Assembly: GCA_049322215.1 (NCBI GenBank)
Contig: JBMORU010000001.1
Coordinates: forward strand, 1,046,143 to 1,110,142
DNA length: 64,000 bases
Direction: 5' to 3'
DNA from: Patescibacteria group bacterium
GTDB taxonomy: Bacteria > Patescibacteriota > WWE3 > UBA101185 > UBA10185
A model generated the notes under the pieces. That model saw nothing but the letters and a program-made list of their open reading frames with translations, was not told the DNA's origin and did not search any database. Position 1 is the stretch's first letter, and every line of letters begins with the position of its first letter. The position numbers and the translations under genes are program-made. Shown here in pieces: positions 30,982-39,239 of this stretch.

Positions 30982-31938
30982 ATGGCTTTCGATTTTAGTT
31001 CACAACCGTACAAAGAGTACCATTACTTGATGGCGCTTTGTTCACACTTTGGACTTAGCCAAAATGGTGGTACCGCAGCGTTGAAAAAAAGGCTTTTGGA
31101 TGAGGGCATAGACATTACGCCAATTACAGGTACAGCGTTGTATAACCACTACCAGAAGGTATGTAAAGACAATGGACTGCCTGCAACGGGAACAATGAAG
31201 CAGCTCGTGGAAAGAATTCAAAAGAAACGAGGCGCTTCCCTGGTTCCCCCAGCGGCCAATATGTCTCAAGTACCTAAGTCGCACCGCACGCCTGCACCTG
31301 CACCTACGCCAGTACCCGCAGCAAATCCAGCAACGGCTACGCCACGACCTGCGACACCTGTGACACCTGCGCGTACGCCTGTAACAGCCAGATCCATCAT
31401 TTCCGCCGGCACAAAAAAAGCGTTGAAATGGGGCTTTTTGCTGATTTGGCTTTTGATCTGCGGTGTAGGTGCCCTGTTCGCACTCGCCTTGCCCATTAGC
31501 CTGCCTCAGCTCGACATCGCCATTGTGGAAAATCCTATCCTTTTCTGGGGCGGATTGACACCAAGCATCGTGACCTTGCTGTATGCCTTCTTTGTGAAAA
31601 CAAGAATTGGCGTGGCCTTGGTAAGAATGTTTGGCAACATGTTGGTAGGTATCGGCATGTGGTGGTGGATCGGCTATGCGCTGTTTGCATTCTCGCAATA
31701 TGGCGCCAGCTTCAATATCGCCATCATCACCGGATCAACTAACGCCATCATTTTAGGCGGCGGATTAGTAGCAGGTTCAATTATGGCAGTGCTCGTATCC
31801 ATATTGTTGGCAGCTCAAAAGCGCTACATCCTAATGAGCCTCAACATGTTCTTCTTGGTAATGGCCTTTGGCACCTCAGTCGTACTCGGATGGTGGGCTA
31901 CTCCGGCAGTTGAAACATTTATCAACTTCCTCAAATAG
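30982..31938 (+). CDS. Two SAP-like motifs, Pro/Ala/Thr linker and multi-TM domain
   Basis: LMALCSHFGLSQNGGTAALKKRL and YQKVCKDNGLPATGTMKQLVERI fit the SAP pattern; visibly more GC-rich than flanks. Confidence 0.75.
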   Translation: MAFDFSSQPYKEYHYLMALCSHFGLSQNGGTAALKKRLLDEGIDITPITGTALYNHYQKVCKDNGLPATGTMKQLVERIQKKRGASLVPPAANMSQVPKSHRTPAPAPTPVPAANPATATPRPATPVTPARTPVTARSIISAGTKKALKWGFLLIWLLICGVGALFALALPISLPQLDIAIVENPILFWGGLTPSIVTLLYAFFVKTRIGVALVRMFGNMLVGIGMWWWIGYALFAFSQYGASFNIAIITGSTNAIILGGGLVAGSIMAVLVSILLAAQKRYILMSLNMFFLVMAFGTSVVLGWWATPAVETFINFLK

Positions 31939-31948
31939 CTTACCCTAA

Positions 31949-32019
31949 CTGGAGCGTAGAGATATTAGTTTGCAACGGTAAAACGTTAAAAATTAATTCT
32001 CTACCTCCAGATTTTTTTT
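31949..32019 (+). terminator. Very long imperfect hairpin terminator
   Basis: CTGGAG-CGTAGAGA...TCTCTAC-CTCCAG followed by T8. Confidence 0.7.
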
Positions 32020-32120
32020 GCTTATAAACATAAAAATCCTTACTAAATTAACTCCCCCATCTCAAGCCTGCTTTTTAGCCCCATAGTGTCAAAACACCTT
32101 GTAAATGTTAAAATACATCA

Positions 32121-32642
32121 ATGGCAAAAGTACCTGTAATACAGGCTCCAAACGAAATATTAAACGCAAAGTGCACCCCAGTAGGTGCAAATGAAAACGT
32201 ACAAGAATTAGTTGCAAATCTTTTAGATACATTACGCTCACAGCGAAACCCCGAAGGTGCTGGGCTAGCCGCACCACAAATTGGAATTAACAAAAGAGTT
32301 TGTATCGTAAGAAAATACGCTACATCTAAAGACAGCGAAATAGAGTCATTTAAAGAATATGTACTAATAAACCCTGAAATCACTAGCATGTCAGACGCAA
32401 CAGATATTAAGTGGGAAGGCTGCTTAAGTATTCCAGATACATATGGAAAAGTTCAAAGAGCCAAAAGAGTTAAAGTAATTGCACTTAATGAAAAGGGTGA
32501 AAAAATTAAAATTAAAGCAGAAGGATTTTTTGCACGAGTAATTCAACACGAAGTAGATCACCTAAACGGAATATTATTTACCTCAAAAACAATTGGAGAA
32601 ACATTAACTGAAAAAGAGTTGGACTCACTAATGAAAGGTTAA
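32121..32642 (+). CDS. def: Peptide deformylase
   Basis: GAGLAAPQIG, EGCLS, QHEVDHLNG. Confidence 0.98.
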   Translation: MAKVPVIQAPNEILNAKCTPVGANENVQELVANLLDTLRSQRNPEGAGLAAPQIGINKRVCIVRKYATSKDSEIESFKEYVLINPEITSMSDATDIKWEGCLSIPDTYGKVQRAKRVKVIALNEKGEKIKIKAEGFFARVIQHEVDHLNGILFTSKTIGETLTEKELDSLMKG

Positions 32643-32652
32643 ATTTTTTAAA

Positions 32653-33600
32653 ATGAATGTTGCTTTTTTCGGTACATCAGACAGATCAATACCCATACTA
32701 GAGGCTTTAAATAATAGCTTTAGTTTGGTGTTATGTGTCACTAAAGAGGATGTAAAAGTGGGAAGAAAACAAACTGTAAAAGAAACTGCAGTAAAAAAAT
32801 GGGCTATGGATAATAGAGTACAAATTGTAACCGGCAATCCTAAAATACCAAACACAGCGTTAAATATACAAAACGCACTTTTAGGTAATAATGTGGAAGT
32901 AGGAGTAGTTGCAGACTACAGTTACATACTTCCTGAAAAAATTATTAATACACCTCAATTAAAATTAGTAAATATTCACTTTTCTTTGCTTCCTTACTAT
33001 AGGGGTGCAAGCCCAGTACAAGCTGCCATCAAAAATGGAGATAAAATAACAGGTGTCACCTACTATGTAATGGATAAAGAAATGGATACTGGGGATACTT
33101 TATTTCAATTTGAATACAAGTTAAAAGGAACCGAAACTACGCAAGACCTCTACTCTACTCTATTTAATAAAGCAGCAGAAAAATTACCCGAAGTTTTAAA
33201 CCAGTATGAAAAAAATATACTAACACCTAAACCTCAAAATAATATTGAAGCAACATATACGTACTCACTAACTCATCCAAAACATACTTTTATATATAAA
33301 GAAGACGCAAAAATAAACTGGGAAAAACCTGTTCAGCAAATAGAACAAGAAATTAGAGCTTATTATCCCTGGCCAATAAGTTGGACTACTTTAGAGGAAA
33401 TTAATAAAAACAGCAAAATCGCTACACTAGAAAATAATCCACCAAAACTAAAAAAAGACAAAAATACAAATTTAACAGTAAAAATATATTCTGCAGAAAT
33501 CACAAGCGTAAACAAACTTAAAATAAACGAACTACAAGTTGAGGGGAAAAATAAAATGAATTGGAAAGATTTTTCTAACGGATACTTAACAAACGCTTAA
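32653..33600 (+). CDS. fmt: Methionyl-tRNA formyltransferase
   Basis: NIHFSLLPYYRGASP, MDTGD; follows def. Confidence 0.95.
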   Translation: MNVAFFGTSDRSIPILEALNNSFSLVLCVTKEDVKVGRKQTVKETAVKKWAMDNRVQIVTGNPKIPNTALNIQNALLGNNVEVGVVADYSYILPEKIINTPQLKLVNIHFSLLPYYRGASPVQAAIKNGDKITGVTYYVMDKEMDTGDTLFQFEYKLKGTETTQDLYSTLFNKAAEKLPEVLNQYEKNILTPKPQNNIEATYTYSLTHPKHTFIYKEDAKINWEKPVQQIEQEIRAYYPWPISWTTLEEINKNSKIATLENNPPKLKKDKNTNLTVKIYSAEITSVNKLKINELQVEGKNKMNWKDFSNGYLTNA

Positions 33601-33604
33601 AAAA

Positions 33605-33883
33605 TTAGTTTTCAGAAGTTTCTACAGAATCATCCGAGTCAGTATAAGATACTAACTTTGCATTTTTCTCATTTATTACAGCTTTTTCTTCTACTTTAAT
33701 TCTTTTTAAACACGAAGAACAAATACGCATATGTACAGAAGTACCACCAATATTAAACTTCTTGTTTCTTAAGTTCACCTGTTGGCGTTTTATGGCTCTA
33801 TTTGTTACACGTCGACCTATACCACGTGGAACTGAATTGCCTTTTAAATAACTTTTTTCGCATAGTGCGCATACTTTTGACAT
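33605..33883 (-). CDS. rpmB: 50S ribosomal protein L28
   Basis: MSKVCALCEK...GNSV...KRQQVNL...ICSSCLK. Confidence 0.9.
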   Translation of the reverse strand: MSKVCALCEKSYLKGNSVPRGIGRRVTNRAIKRQQVNLRNKKFNIGGTSVHMRICSSCLKRIKVEEKAVINEKNAKLVSYTDSDDSVETSEN

Positions 33884-33945
33884 AGCTTTATGACCTTATC
33901 ATTTTATTAAATTATTTGCAATTGCTTTGTTGAAAGTGTTTGCAG

Positions 33946-33995
33946 AAAAAAAAGGCAGAAATCTTTGAAGAAACTAAACAAAGAATCTGCCTTGA
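33946..33995 (-). terminator. Hairpin terminator
   Basis: A-tract then AGGCAGA-AATCTTTG / CAAAGA-ATCTGCCT. Confidence 0.65.
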
Positions 33996-34037
33996 GCTTT
34001 AAAAAATTAAGCAATCATTTTGTCCCCTCTTGGTGGC

Positions 34038-34265
34038 TTATTCAATATGTGGAACTTTATCGGTATAGGGACCTAAATCTATAGGAATAATACGCCCGAT
34101 TTTTCGTAAAAGGCTGCTTTGAGAAATTCTCCCCCGCACAGCAATACGAAATGATCCGGAACCATTCCAACCGTTGACTTTAACGGTGGTTCTATTTACT
34201 CCAATTTTTTGGTCTTGCCCTTTCTTTTTAACCAGACCACGATGCTTCTTTACATGCATGTCCAT
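34038..34265 (-). CDS. Small basic orphan protein
   Basis: GGAGG SD before ATG 34265 (MDMHVKKH); track start 34385 probably too long. Confidence 0.6.
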   Translation of the reverse strand: MDMHVKKHRGLVKKKGQDQKIGVNRTTVKVNGWNGSGSFRIAVRGRISQSSLLRKIGRIIPIDLGPYTDKVPHIE

Positions 34266-34476
34266 TTGTAGCCTCCAAGTATGTTGATTTGTAATAAAAA
34301 AATTATAAAGGAAAATTGCAGCAAAATAAATTAGAACAAAAAGCACACAAGCATTCAAAAGCAATATGGTAGAATCCTTTAGCATTTGATAAACTTTACA
34401 AGTCTATGCGCAGTGTGAACTTAAAGGAATAGGATGTGTAAGCTGCATCAGAAACACTATGCATAAAGCACTAACT

Positions 34477-34552
34477 GCCTGGATAGCTCAGCTGGTAGAG
34501 CAGCCCCCTTGTAAGGGGCAGGTCAGGAGTTCGAGTCTCCTTCCAGGCTCCA
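34477..34552 (+). tRNA. tRNA-Thr(TGT)
   Basis: Cloverleaf; GCCCC-cttgtaa-GGGGC anticodon arm; TTCGA loop; CCA end. Confidence 0.97.
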
Positions 34553-34556
34553 TTAC

Positions 34557-34642
34557 GCCGGGATACCGAAGCGGTCAAACGGAGCAGTCTGTAAAACTGT
34601 TGGCGCATGCCTTCGCAGGTTCGAATCCTGCTCCCGGCACCA
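34557..34642 (+). tRNA. tRNA-Tyr(GTA)
   Basis: GCAGT-ctgtaaa-ACTGT anticodon arm; long variable arm; CCA end. Confidence 0.97.
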
Positions 34643-34681
34643 GGGAAATAGTTATATAAAAGTATGTAGCTATTTCCCTGG
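34640..34681 (+). repeat. 19-bp hairpin in tRNA spacer
   Basis: CCAGGGAAATAGTTATATA-aaag-TATGTAGCTATTTCCCTGG, fully paired allowing two G-U. Confidence 0.8.
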
Positions 34682-34689
34682 TTTGCTAG

Positions 34690-34764
34690 GCCTGGGTAGT
34701 TCAGAGGTAGAACGCTTCCATGGTAAGGAAGAAGTCGAGGGTTCAATTCCCTCCCCAGGCTCCA
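34690..34764 (+). tRNA. tRNA-Thr(GGT)
   Basis: CTTCC-atggtaa-GGAAG anticodon arm; CCA end. Confidence 0.96.
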
Positions 34765-34831
34765 CTAAAATTTGCACAAATAAAATACCTTATAAAGACT
34801 TTCCCACATAAAATGTATATAATTTAAATTA

Positions 34832-35485
34832 ATGATTACAAAAGAACTTGTTGAGTATATAAACGAAAATAGAAAAAAAGATATTTCTGACCAACAAATT
34901 AAAGAAAATCTAAAGCAAATAGGTTGGAAAATTACTGATATTAACTTTGCTCTAGAGCATGCAGATAAAAATTTACCAGTTCCCCCATATGAGCCCGAAG
35001 TTATAAAGCAAAAAGGTTATCAAAGCATGTGGGACGCTTTTTTACATATAATGATGTTTATATCTATGTACGTAAGTTTTATAGCGTCACAAGTTGTCAT
35101 ATTCAGCTATATAAATTATTTTGTACCAGAAAGATACAGAGCGTATACCTATAATAATGACCCCTTTTCAGAAAGCACTTGGGCAGTAGCCGCTTTAATA
35201 GTTACGTTTCCATTTTTTGCTTACTTGTTTTTAAAAATTGCTAAAAAAACCAAAGAAGATCCTATGGTGAGGTCATTAAAATCAAGAAAAATACTAATAT
35301 ATGGAACACTAATAGCAACTTTTGTAACTATGATTGTAATTACTATTATAGAAGTAGCTGGATTACTAACAGGAGACGTAACAACAAATATAAATTTAAA
35401 ACTTTTATCCGTATTTGTCGTATCAGCACTTGTATTTAGTTACTACTTAAATCAAGTAAAGGAAGATAGACAAGTAAATGCTTAA
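34832..35485 (+). CDS. Four-TM membrane protein, DUF5671-like
   Basis: AVAALIVTFPFF and RKILIYGTL..A pattern; N-terminal IKENLKQIGW domain. Confidence 0.65.
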   Translation: MITKELVEYINENRKKDISDQQIKENLKQIGWKITDINFALEHADKNLPVPPYEPEVIKQKGYQSMWDAFLHIMMFISMYVSFIASQVVIFSYINYFVPERYRAYTYNNDPFSESTWAVAALIVTFPFFAYLFLKIAKKTKEDPMVRSLKSRKILIYGTLIATFVTMIVITIIEVAGLLTGDVTTNINLKLLSVFVVSALVFSYYLNQVKEDRQVNA

Positions 35486-35954
35486 GCACTATGCGGCAGT
35501 TGTTGTATTAATGGTAATTACAGCTCTGTTGGTTGGAGGTACCTATATATTTGGAGACAGTCCAAACGTTAAGCGAGGTAAAGAACTTGATAATATTAGA
35601 GAAAACGATTTAAACTCTTTAAAATTTTTTATTGAAAATTATACTGCCGAACATAAAGCCCTACCAAAAACTCTAGAAGAAATTAAGGTAACAAATTCTA
35701 CAAAAAGTGACCCGGAAACTAATGTTTTATATGAATACAAAGTATTAGATGCGACAAATTACGAACTTTGTGCAAATTTTACTTTTTCAACGCAAGACTC
35801 AGAAAATCAAAACAATTATCGAGGAGCCTACACAGTACCATACCTGCATGATCAAGGTTACCAATGCTTTCAATTCAGGGTAACAACTCATTTAGAAGAA
35901 GCTCCAATAAGAGAAAAACCTATTCCGTTGCCCGAACCTATTATTTTGCAATAA
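35478..35954 (+). CDS. Membrane-anchored pilin-like hypothetical protein
   Basis: N-terminal TM, D..RENDL, LPKTLEE, DPET...YEY...YELCANF. Confidence 0.65.
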   Translation: MLKHYAAVVVLMVITALLVGGTYIFGDSPNVKRGKELDNIRENDLNSLKFFIENYTAEHKALPKTLEEIKVTNSTKSDPETNVLYEYKVLDATNYELCANFTFSTQDSENQNNYRGAYTVPYLHDQGYQCFQFRVTTHLEEAPIREKPIPLPEPIILQ

Positions 35955-36009
35955 ACCTATTAAGGCATTGACACAAACTGCTGTAAAATAAATAATGCCT
36001 AGTACGTAT

Positions 36010-36085
36010 AGGGGTGTAGCTCAGCTGGTAGAGCACTGGTCTCCAAAACCAGGTGTCGGGGGTTCAAGTCCCTCCACCCCTGCCA
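36010..36085 (+). tRNA. tRNA-Trp(CCA)
   Basis: CTGGT-ctccaaa-ACCAG anticodon arm; CCA end; upstream TTGACA-17-AATAAT. Confidence 0.97.
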
Positions 36086-36142
36086 ACAACAATCAATGCT
36101 ACCCAATTTGTCTCTCCAAAAGTAACTCTCCTAAACTATTAC

Positions 36143-36240
36143 ACTATAGGTTTACAAAAGATGGCTTTGGAATGTCCATGTTCTTACGAAAGCAAGAAGT
36201 CGAAAAAATCATCCGTGTAATCACAAATTACTGGAACTAA
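36143..36240 (+). pseudogene. Short 3-prime ORF remnant in cassette-like unit 1
   Basis: Frame ...FTKDGFGMSMFLRKQEVEKIIRVITNYWN* between ACTATAGGTTTACAAAA and hairpin H1; no SD. Confidence 0.45.
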
Positions 36241-36246
36241 TTTAGC

Positions 36247-36308
36247 AAGGAGTTGGAACTTTAAGTTGTATATAAAAAACAACTCGAGTTTTAACTCCTT
36301 ATTTTTTT
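36247..36308 (+). repeat. Conserved hairpin H1 (AAGGAGTT...AACTCCTT plus T-tract)
   Basis: Homologous to 37638-37694 and 39078-39134. Confidence 0.85.
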
Positions 36309-36432
36309 CAAAAAAAACAGTTTAAATAAGATGAAGCCCTAAAATCATTCATTCTACTTGCTAAACTCTAAACTTAAGTAACATTAGCTAGCTTTAAATT
36401 TACACTACAGAATTTCTATATATAATAAGGAT

Positions 36433-36675
36433 ATGTGCTTAAATAGTGGCTCTACATATGGAGTTCCCCAAGATATAGAAACTATTTCAGACTTAATACA
36501 ACTGGTTATTTTTGTTGCCAGCTTAATAGGACTTTTTGCCCCTATAACCATTCAATATCTAATGAAAAAAAAGCTGACGTTTAAGTCTATATTGCTACTA
36601 CTGACAAAAGGGTTACTAATTTGGATTATATTTGTTGTTTTAAGTAAGTTACTACTAAATACTTTGTGTATATAA
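36433..36675 (+). CDS. Small two-TM protein
   Basis: 80-aa ORF; TATAAT 7 nt before ATG. Confidence 0.65.
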   Translation: MCLNSGSTYGVPQDIETISDLIQLVIFVASLIGLFAPITIQYLMKKKLTFKSILLLLTKGLLIWIIFVVLSKLLLNTLCI

Positions 36676-36812
36676 CATAGGTAGTGCTTTAACCACCCAA
36701 ATGCATACAACTTAATTCAAAAAGCAATTATGAATACTATAGGTTTACAAAATGCCTACCAAACAGTATAATTACAACTACAAATAAACCTACATCAAAA
36801 GAGGTAAACGAA

Positions 36813-37628
36813 ATGCGTAAACAAAAAACGTGGAAACCAACCAAATGGGATTGGCCTACGTTCCAGGAACAATGGATAAGGTTTCTATTAGCTTTCGGAG
36901 TAGTAGCTCTGATTATTCCTATAGGTAATAAGGAATTTATCTTGAAATCACTTAGTACTCCTACTGTTACAAAGCTTCTTCTAGCTATAGTTGCTGGAGT
37001 ATTAATATATCTGTTACGAAGCCCATTATATACAAAGGACTTTATTACTGGGGTTATTCAAAAGTGGGATAAAAACCCAGATTATACTCCAAAGAAAAAA
37101 CCTTTTGCTAGGTATGTACTTAAGTGCCCTGAAGAGGAACTCACACATAGATACCTGATCTTTTTTCTGATCATGACAATATGCCAAACAAATCCTGCGG
37201 AACACTGGCAACGTCTGGCAATAATGTATTTAGCAGTAGTAGTAGGAATGTACTTGCAACGCACCAATGTAAAGGTAAAACTATTTGCAGAACTTGCAGT
37301 AGAAGTCCCGGTAATAATAGGGATTAATGCTGTTCTTGCAAATACAGGTGTTCTAACTAATTCCTTTTACGTTTGGGGAATGGCTACGACAGTAACTTCG
37401 GTAAATTGTGCCCTTGATCACATAATAGCTGTAGAAAGTTCGTGGCAAAAGTACAGCAGAAACGAGCGCATTAAAACAGTATTAGGTCATTTTGCAGGAG
37501 GCATGCGCTATTCAATTATAATGTGGTTGTTTGGCTACCAAGTAATATACCCAATAGTCACTCACCTAGCGCACAATTTCACCTCAGAAGGCATAAAAAG
37601 AACCGTTTTCAACACAGAAGATTGGTAA
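36813..37628 (+). CDS. CPBP (CAAX/Abi) family intramembrane glutamic protease
   Basis: EEELTHR, ALDH and HLAHN motifs in a multi-TM protein; TTTACA-17-TATAAT promoter. Confidence 0.75.
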   Translation: MRKQKTWKPTKWDWPTFQEQWIRFLLAFGVVALIIPIGNKEFILKSLSTPTVTKLLLAIVAGVLIYLLRSPLYTKDFITGVIQKWDKNPDYTPKKKPFARYVLKCPEEELTHRYLIFFLIMTICQTNPAEHWQRLAIMYLAVVVGMYLQRTNVKVKLFAELAVEVPVIIGINAVLANTGVLTNSFYVWGMATTVTSVNCALDHIIAVESSWQKYSRNERIKTVLGHFAGGMRYSIIMWLFGYQVIYPIVTHLAHNFTSEGIKRTVFNTEDW

Positions 37629-37637
37629 GCAGCTAAT

Positions 37638-37694
37638 AAGGAGTTAAAATTTTGGTTATAAAAAATAGCTTAAGTTTTAACTCCTTTTTCTTTT
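37638..37694 (+). repeat. Conserved hairpin H2
   Basis: AAGGAGTTAAAATTTT...AAGTTTTAACTCCTT plus T-tract. Confidence 0.85.
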
Positions 37695-37707
37695 AAAAAC
37701 CTAAACT

Positions 37708-37752
37708 AAAAAAAAAGTTGGTAGTTTGGAGTTTAGTTCCAAAATACCAACT
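37708..37752 (-). terminator. Hairpin terminator
   Basis: A-tract then AGTTGGTA-GTTTGGA / TCCAAA-ATACCAACT. Confidence 0.65.
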
Positions 37753-37768
37753 CATGCTTAAGCTTATA

Positions 37769-37888
37769 TCACCAAACGAGAATTAAGATCCCACCAACCA
37801 TGACAAAAGGAAAAACAACAGCAACAGCTTTTGCAAGCCGAGGATGCTTCTCCAAACCAAAGGTGTGATTAATAAAGCGCATATACAT
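37769..37888 (-). CDS. 39-aa single-TM small protein, not in ORF track
   Basis: MYMRFINHTFGLEKHPRLAKAVAVVFPFVMVGGILILVW*; AAGGAG SD; downstream terminator. Confidence 0.7.
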   Translation of the reverse strand: MYMRFINHTFGLEKHPRLAKAVAVVFPFVMVGGILILVW

Positions 37889-37930
37889 GTTTCGTCTCCT
37901 TTACTTGATTTTTTTAATTGTAGAACATTT

Positions 37931-38185
37931 TTACTTATACGTGTACAAAGTCTGCTTTATTGACTTAACTCGCGGGTTTTTCTTCATTATAGCTTTGAGA
38001 GCTTGCTGCACGTCGTTAATTGATGTGGGATTACTCAACTTTTTCCTAATTTCAGTTATGCTCCACGCGTGAAAAGGAGGACCCTCTGACAAAACACGTA
38101 AAACGTCGTCATATACTGCCTGTTTACGGGCTCTTCCCTTTCTTACGTCCTCCTGTACTTCTTTTATTAAGTTTAAAATCCACAT
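37931..38185 (-). CDS. Small basic protein, possible winged helix-turn-helix
   Basis: VLRVLSE...WSITEIRKKL...INDVQQALKAIM; AAGGAG SD. Confidence 0.7.
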   Translation of the reverse strand: MWILNLIKEVQEDVRKGRARKQAVYDDVLRVLSEGPPFHAWSITEIRKKLSNPTSINDVQQALKAIMKKNPRVKSIKQTLYTYK

Positions 38186-38255
38186 TTAGTTATCTCCTTT
38201 TTTATTTAAAGTCTTAATAACAGTATAAACTTTTAAATGCAAATACAAAAATGCA

Positions 38256-38310
38256 CAAAAAAAGGCTACCTAACGTTTGTAAGTTGTGTACAAACTATTA
38301 AGTAGCCTAC
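38256..38310 (-). terminator. Long bulged hairpin terminator
   Basis: A7-GGCTACCTAACGTTTGTA / TACAAACTATTAAGTAGCC. Confidence 0.65.
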
Positions 38311-38331
38311 TGTGAAAGGGATGCCTTAGTG

Positions 38332-38685
38332 TTAATTACTTGCATTCAGCTGCAAAGGATTTTGCGAATGCAGAATAATGTTAACTAACGCATCTTCTTC
38401 CTCCGGGGTCAGGTAACCTTCACATAAATTGTTGAAGGATCCGATACCCTGTTGAATGCAGAACAAATTGAGTTGGACGATAAGCTGGCTACGCTCGTCT
38501 CTTCGTGCAGGAACATCCCCATAAAGACGAGTTAAATCCAGGTTTTTCTGCAGGACTTTAAAAACCCGGACGAGTTCTTGAAAATGGGTCTTAACTGCTT
38601 CATTCAGCATTAAGCGTGCCATTCCCGTTTCATATCTGCCGTATAAATCGCCACTAGGCCAATACTTTGTTCCTAACTTTATCAT
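38332..38685 (-). CDS. Orphan hypothetical protein
   Basis: 117 aa; ATAAGGAGAT SD; CCTATAGTAG-TATAAT promoter. Confidence 0.75.
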   Translation of the reverse strand: MIKLGTKYWPSGDLYGRYETGMARLMLNEAVKTHFQELVRVFKVLQKNLDLTRLYGDVPARRDERSQLIVQLNLFCIQQGIGSFNNLCEGYLTPEEEDALVNIILHSQNPLQLNASN

Positions 38686-38754
38686 GACTATCTCCTTATT
38701 TAACTGATCTGGTTATTATTTCTCAATACCACAATTATACTACTATAGGTTTAG

Positions 38755-39069
38755 TATGAAAAGGCCTTTCAGGAAAAACAACAAAAATCCGAAAACAACC
38801 GTGAAAAGGCAATTGCCTTAATCAGATTCATTACTGACACTATCACCGCAATTGCTCCCCAAAAGATCGACGCTCGCTGGTACGGCTCTTACAAAACACC
38901 AGGTGTTGCCGGTTATCCAAGCGTTACAGTAACTGCATATCATATACAAACGCAGCGGTTATTGGGACAGTGGACTATTAATGCCGGCGGTGACTACCCT
39001 GCACCTGAAATCTCTAAAGAGCACATTGTGCAGACTATCAATGATGCTCTGCAACAAATGAAAGTTTAA
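38755..39069 (+). pseudogene. Headless or frameshifted ORF in cassette-like unit 3
   Basis: 104 open codons (YEKAFQEKQQKSENNREKAIALIRF...LQQMKV*) preceded directly by TAG; nearest ATG (38756) is out of frame. Confidence 0.6.
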
Positions 39070-39077
39070 CTGACCCT

Positions 39078-39134
39078 AAGGAGTTGAAGCTTAAGTTGTA
39101 AAAAAAACAACATAAGTTTTAGCTCCTTTTTTTT
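39078..39134 (+). repeat. Conserved hairpin H3
   Basis: AAGGAGTTGAAGCTTA...TAAGTTTTAGCTCCTT plus T-tract. Confidence 0.85.
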
Positions 39135-39175
39135 CTTTAAAAACAACAGAACTATGAATTATTATAAATTTTCAC

Positions 39176-39224
39176 AAAAAAAACTCTTATGTACTTACGG
39201 TTAATTCTGTAAATACATAAGAGC
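39176..39224 (-). terminator. Long hairpin terminator
   Basis: A8-CTCTTATGTACTTACGG / CTGTAAATACATAAGAG. Confidence 0.65.
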
Positions 39225-39239
39225 TATATTAGACACTAA

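Noticed and set aside
31042-31698. 218-aa Arg/Cys-rich minus ORF
   Set aside because: Antisense to a gene that has promoter, SD, recognisable motifs and terminator.
34459-34746. ORFs 34459-34659 (+) and 34471-34746 (-)
   Set aside because: Shadow ORFs over three clear tRNAs.
35995-36240. 81-aa ORF as a real gene
   Set aside because: Its 5-prime half is tRNA-Trp; only the 3-prime part is kept as a possible remnant.
36247-39134. H1-H3 repeats as a CRISPR array
   Set aside because: Spacing is about 1.4 kb, the copies are divergent, and no cas genes are present.
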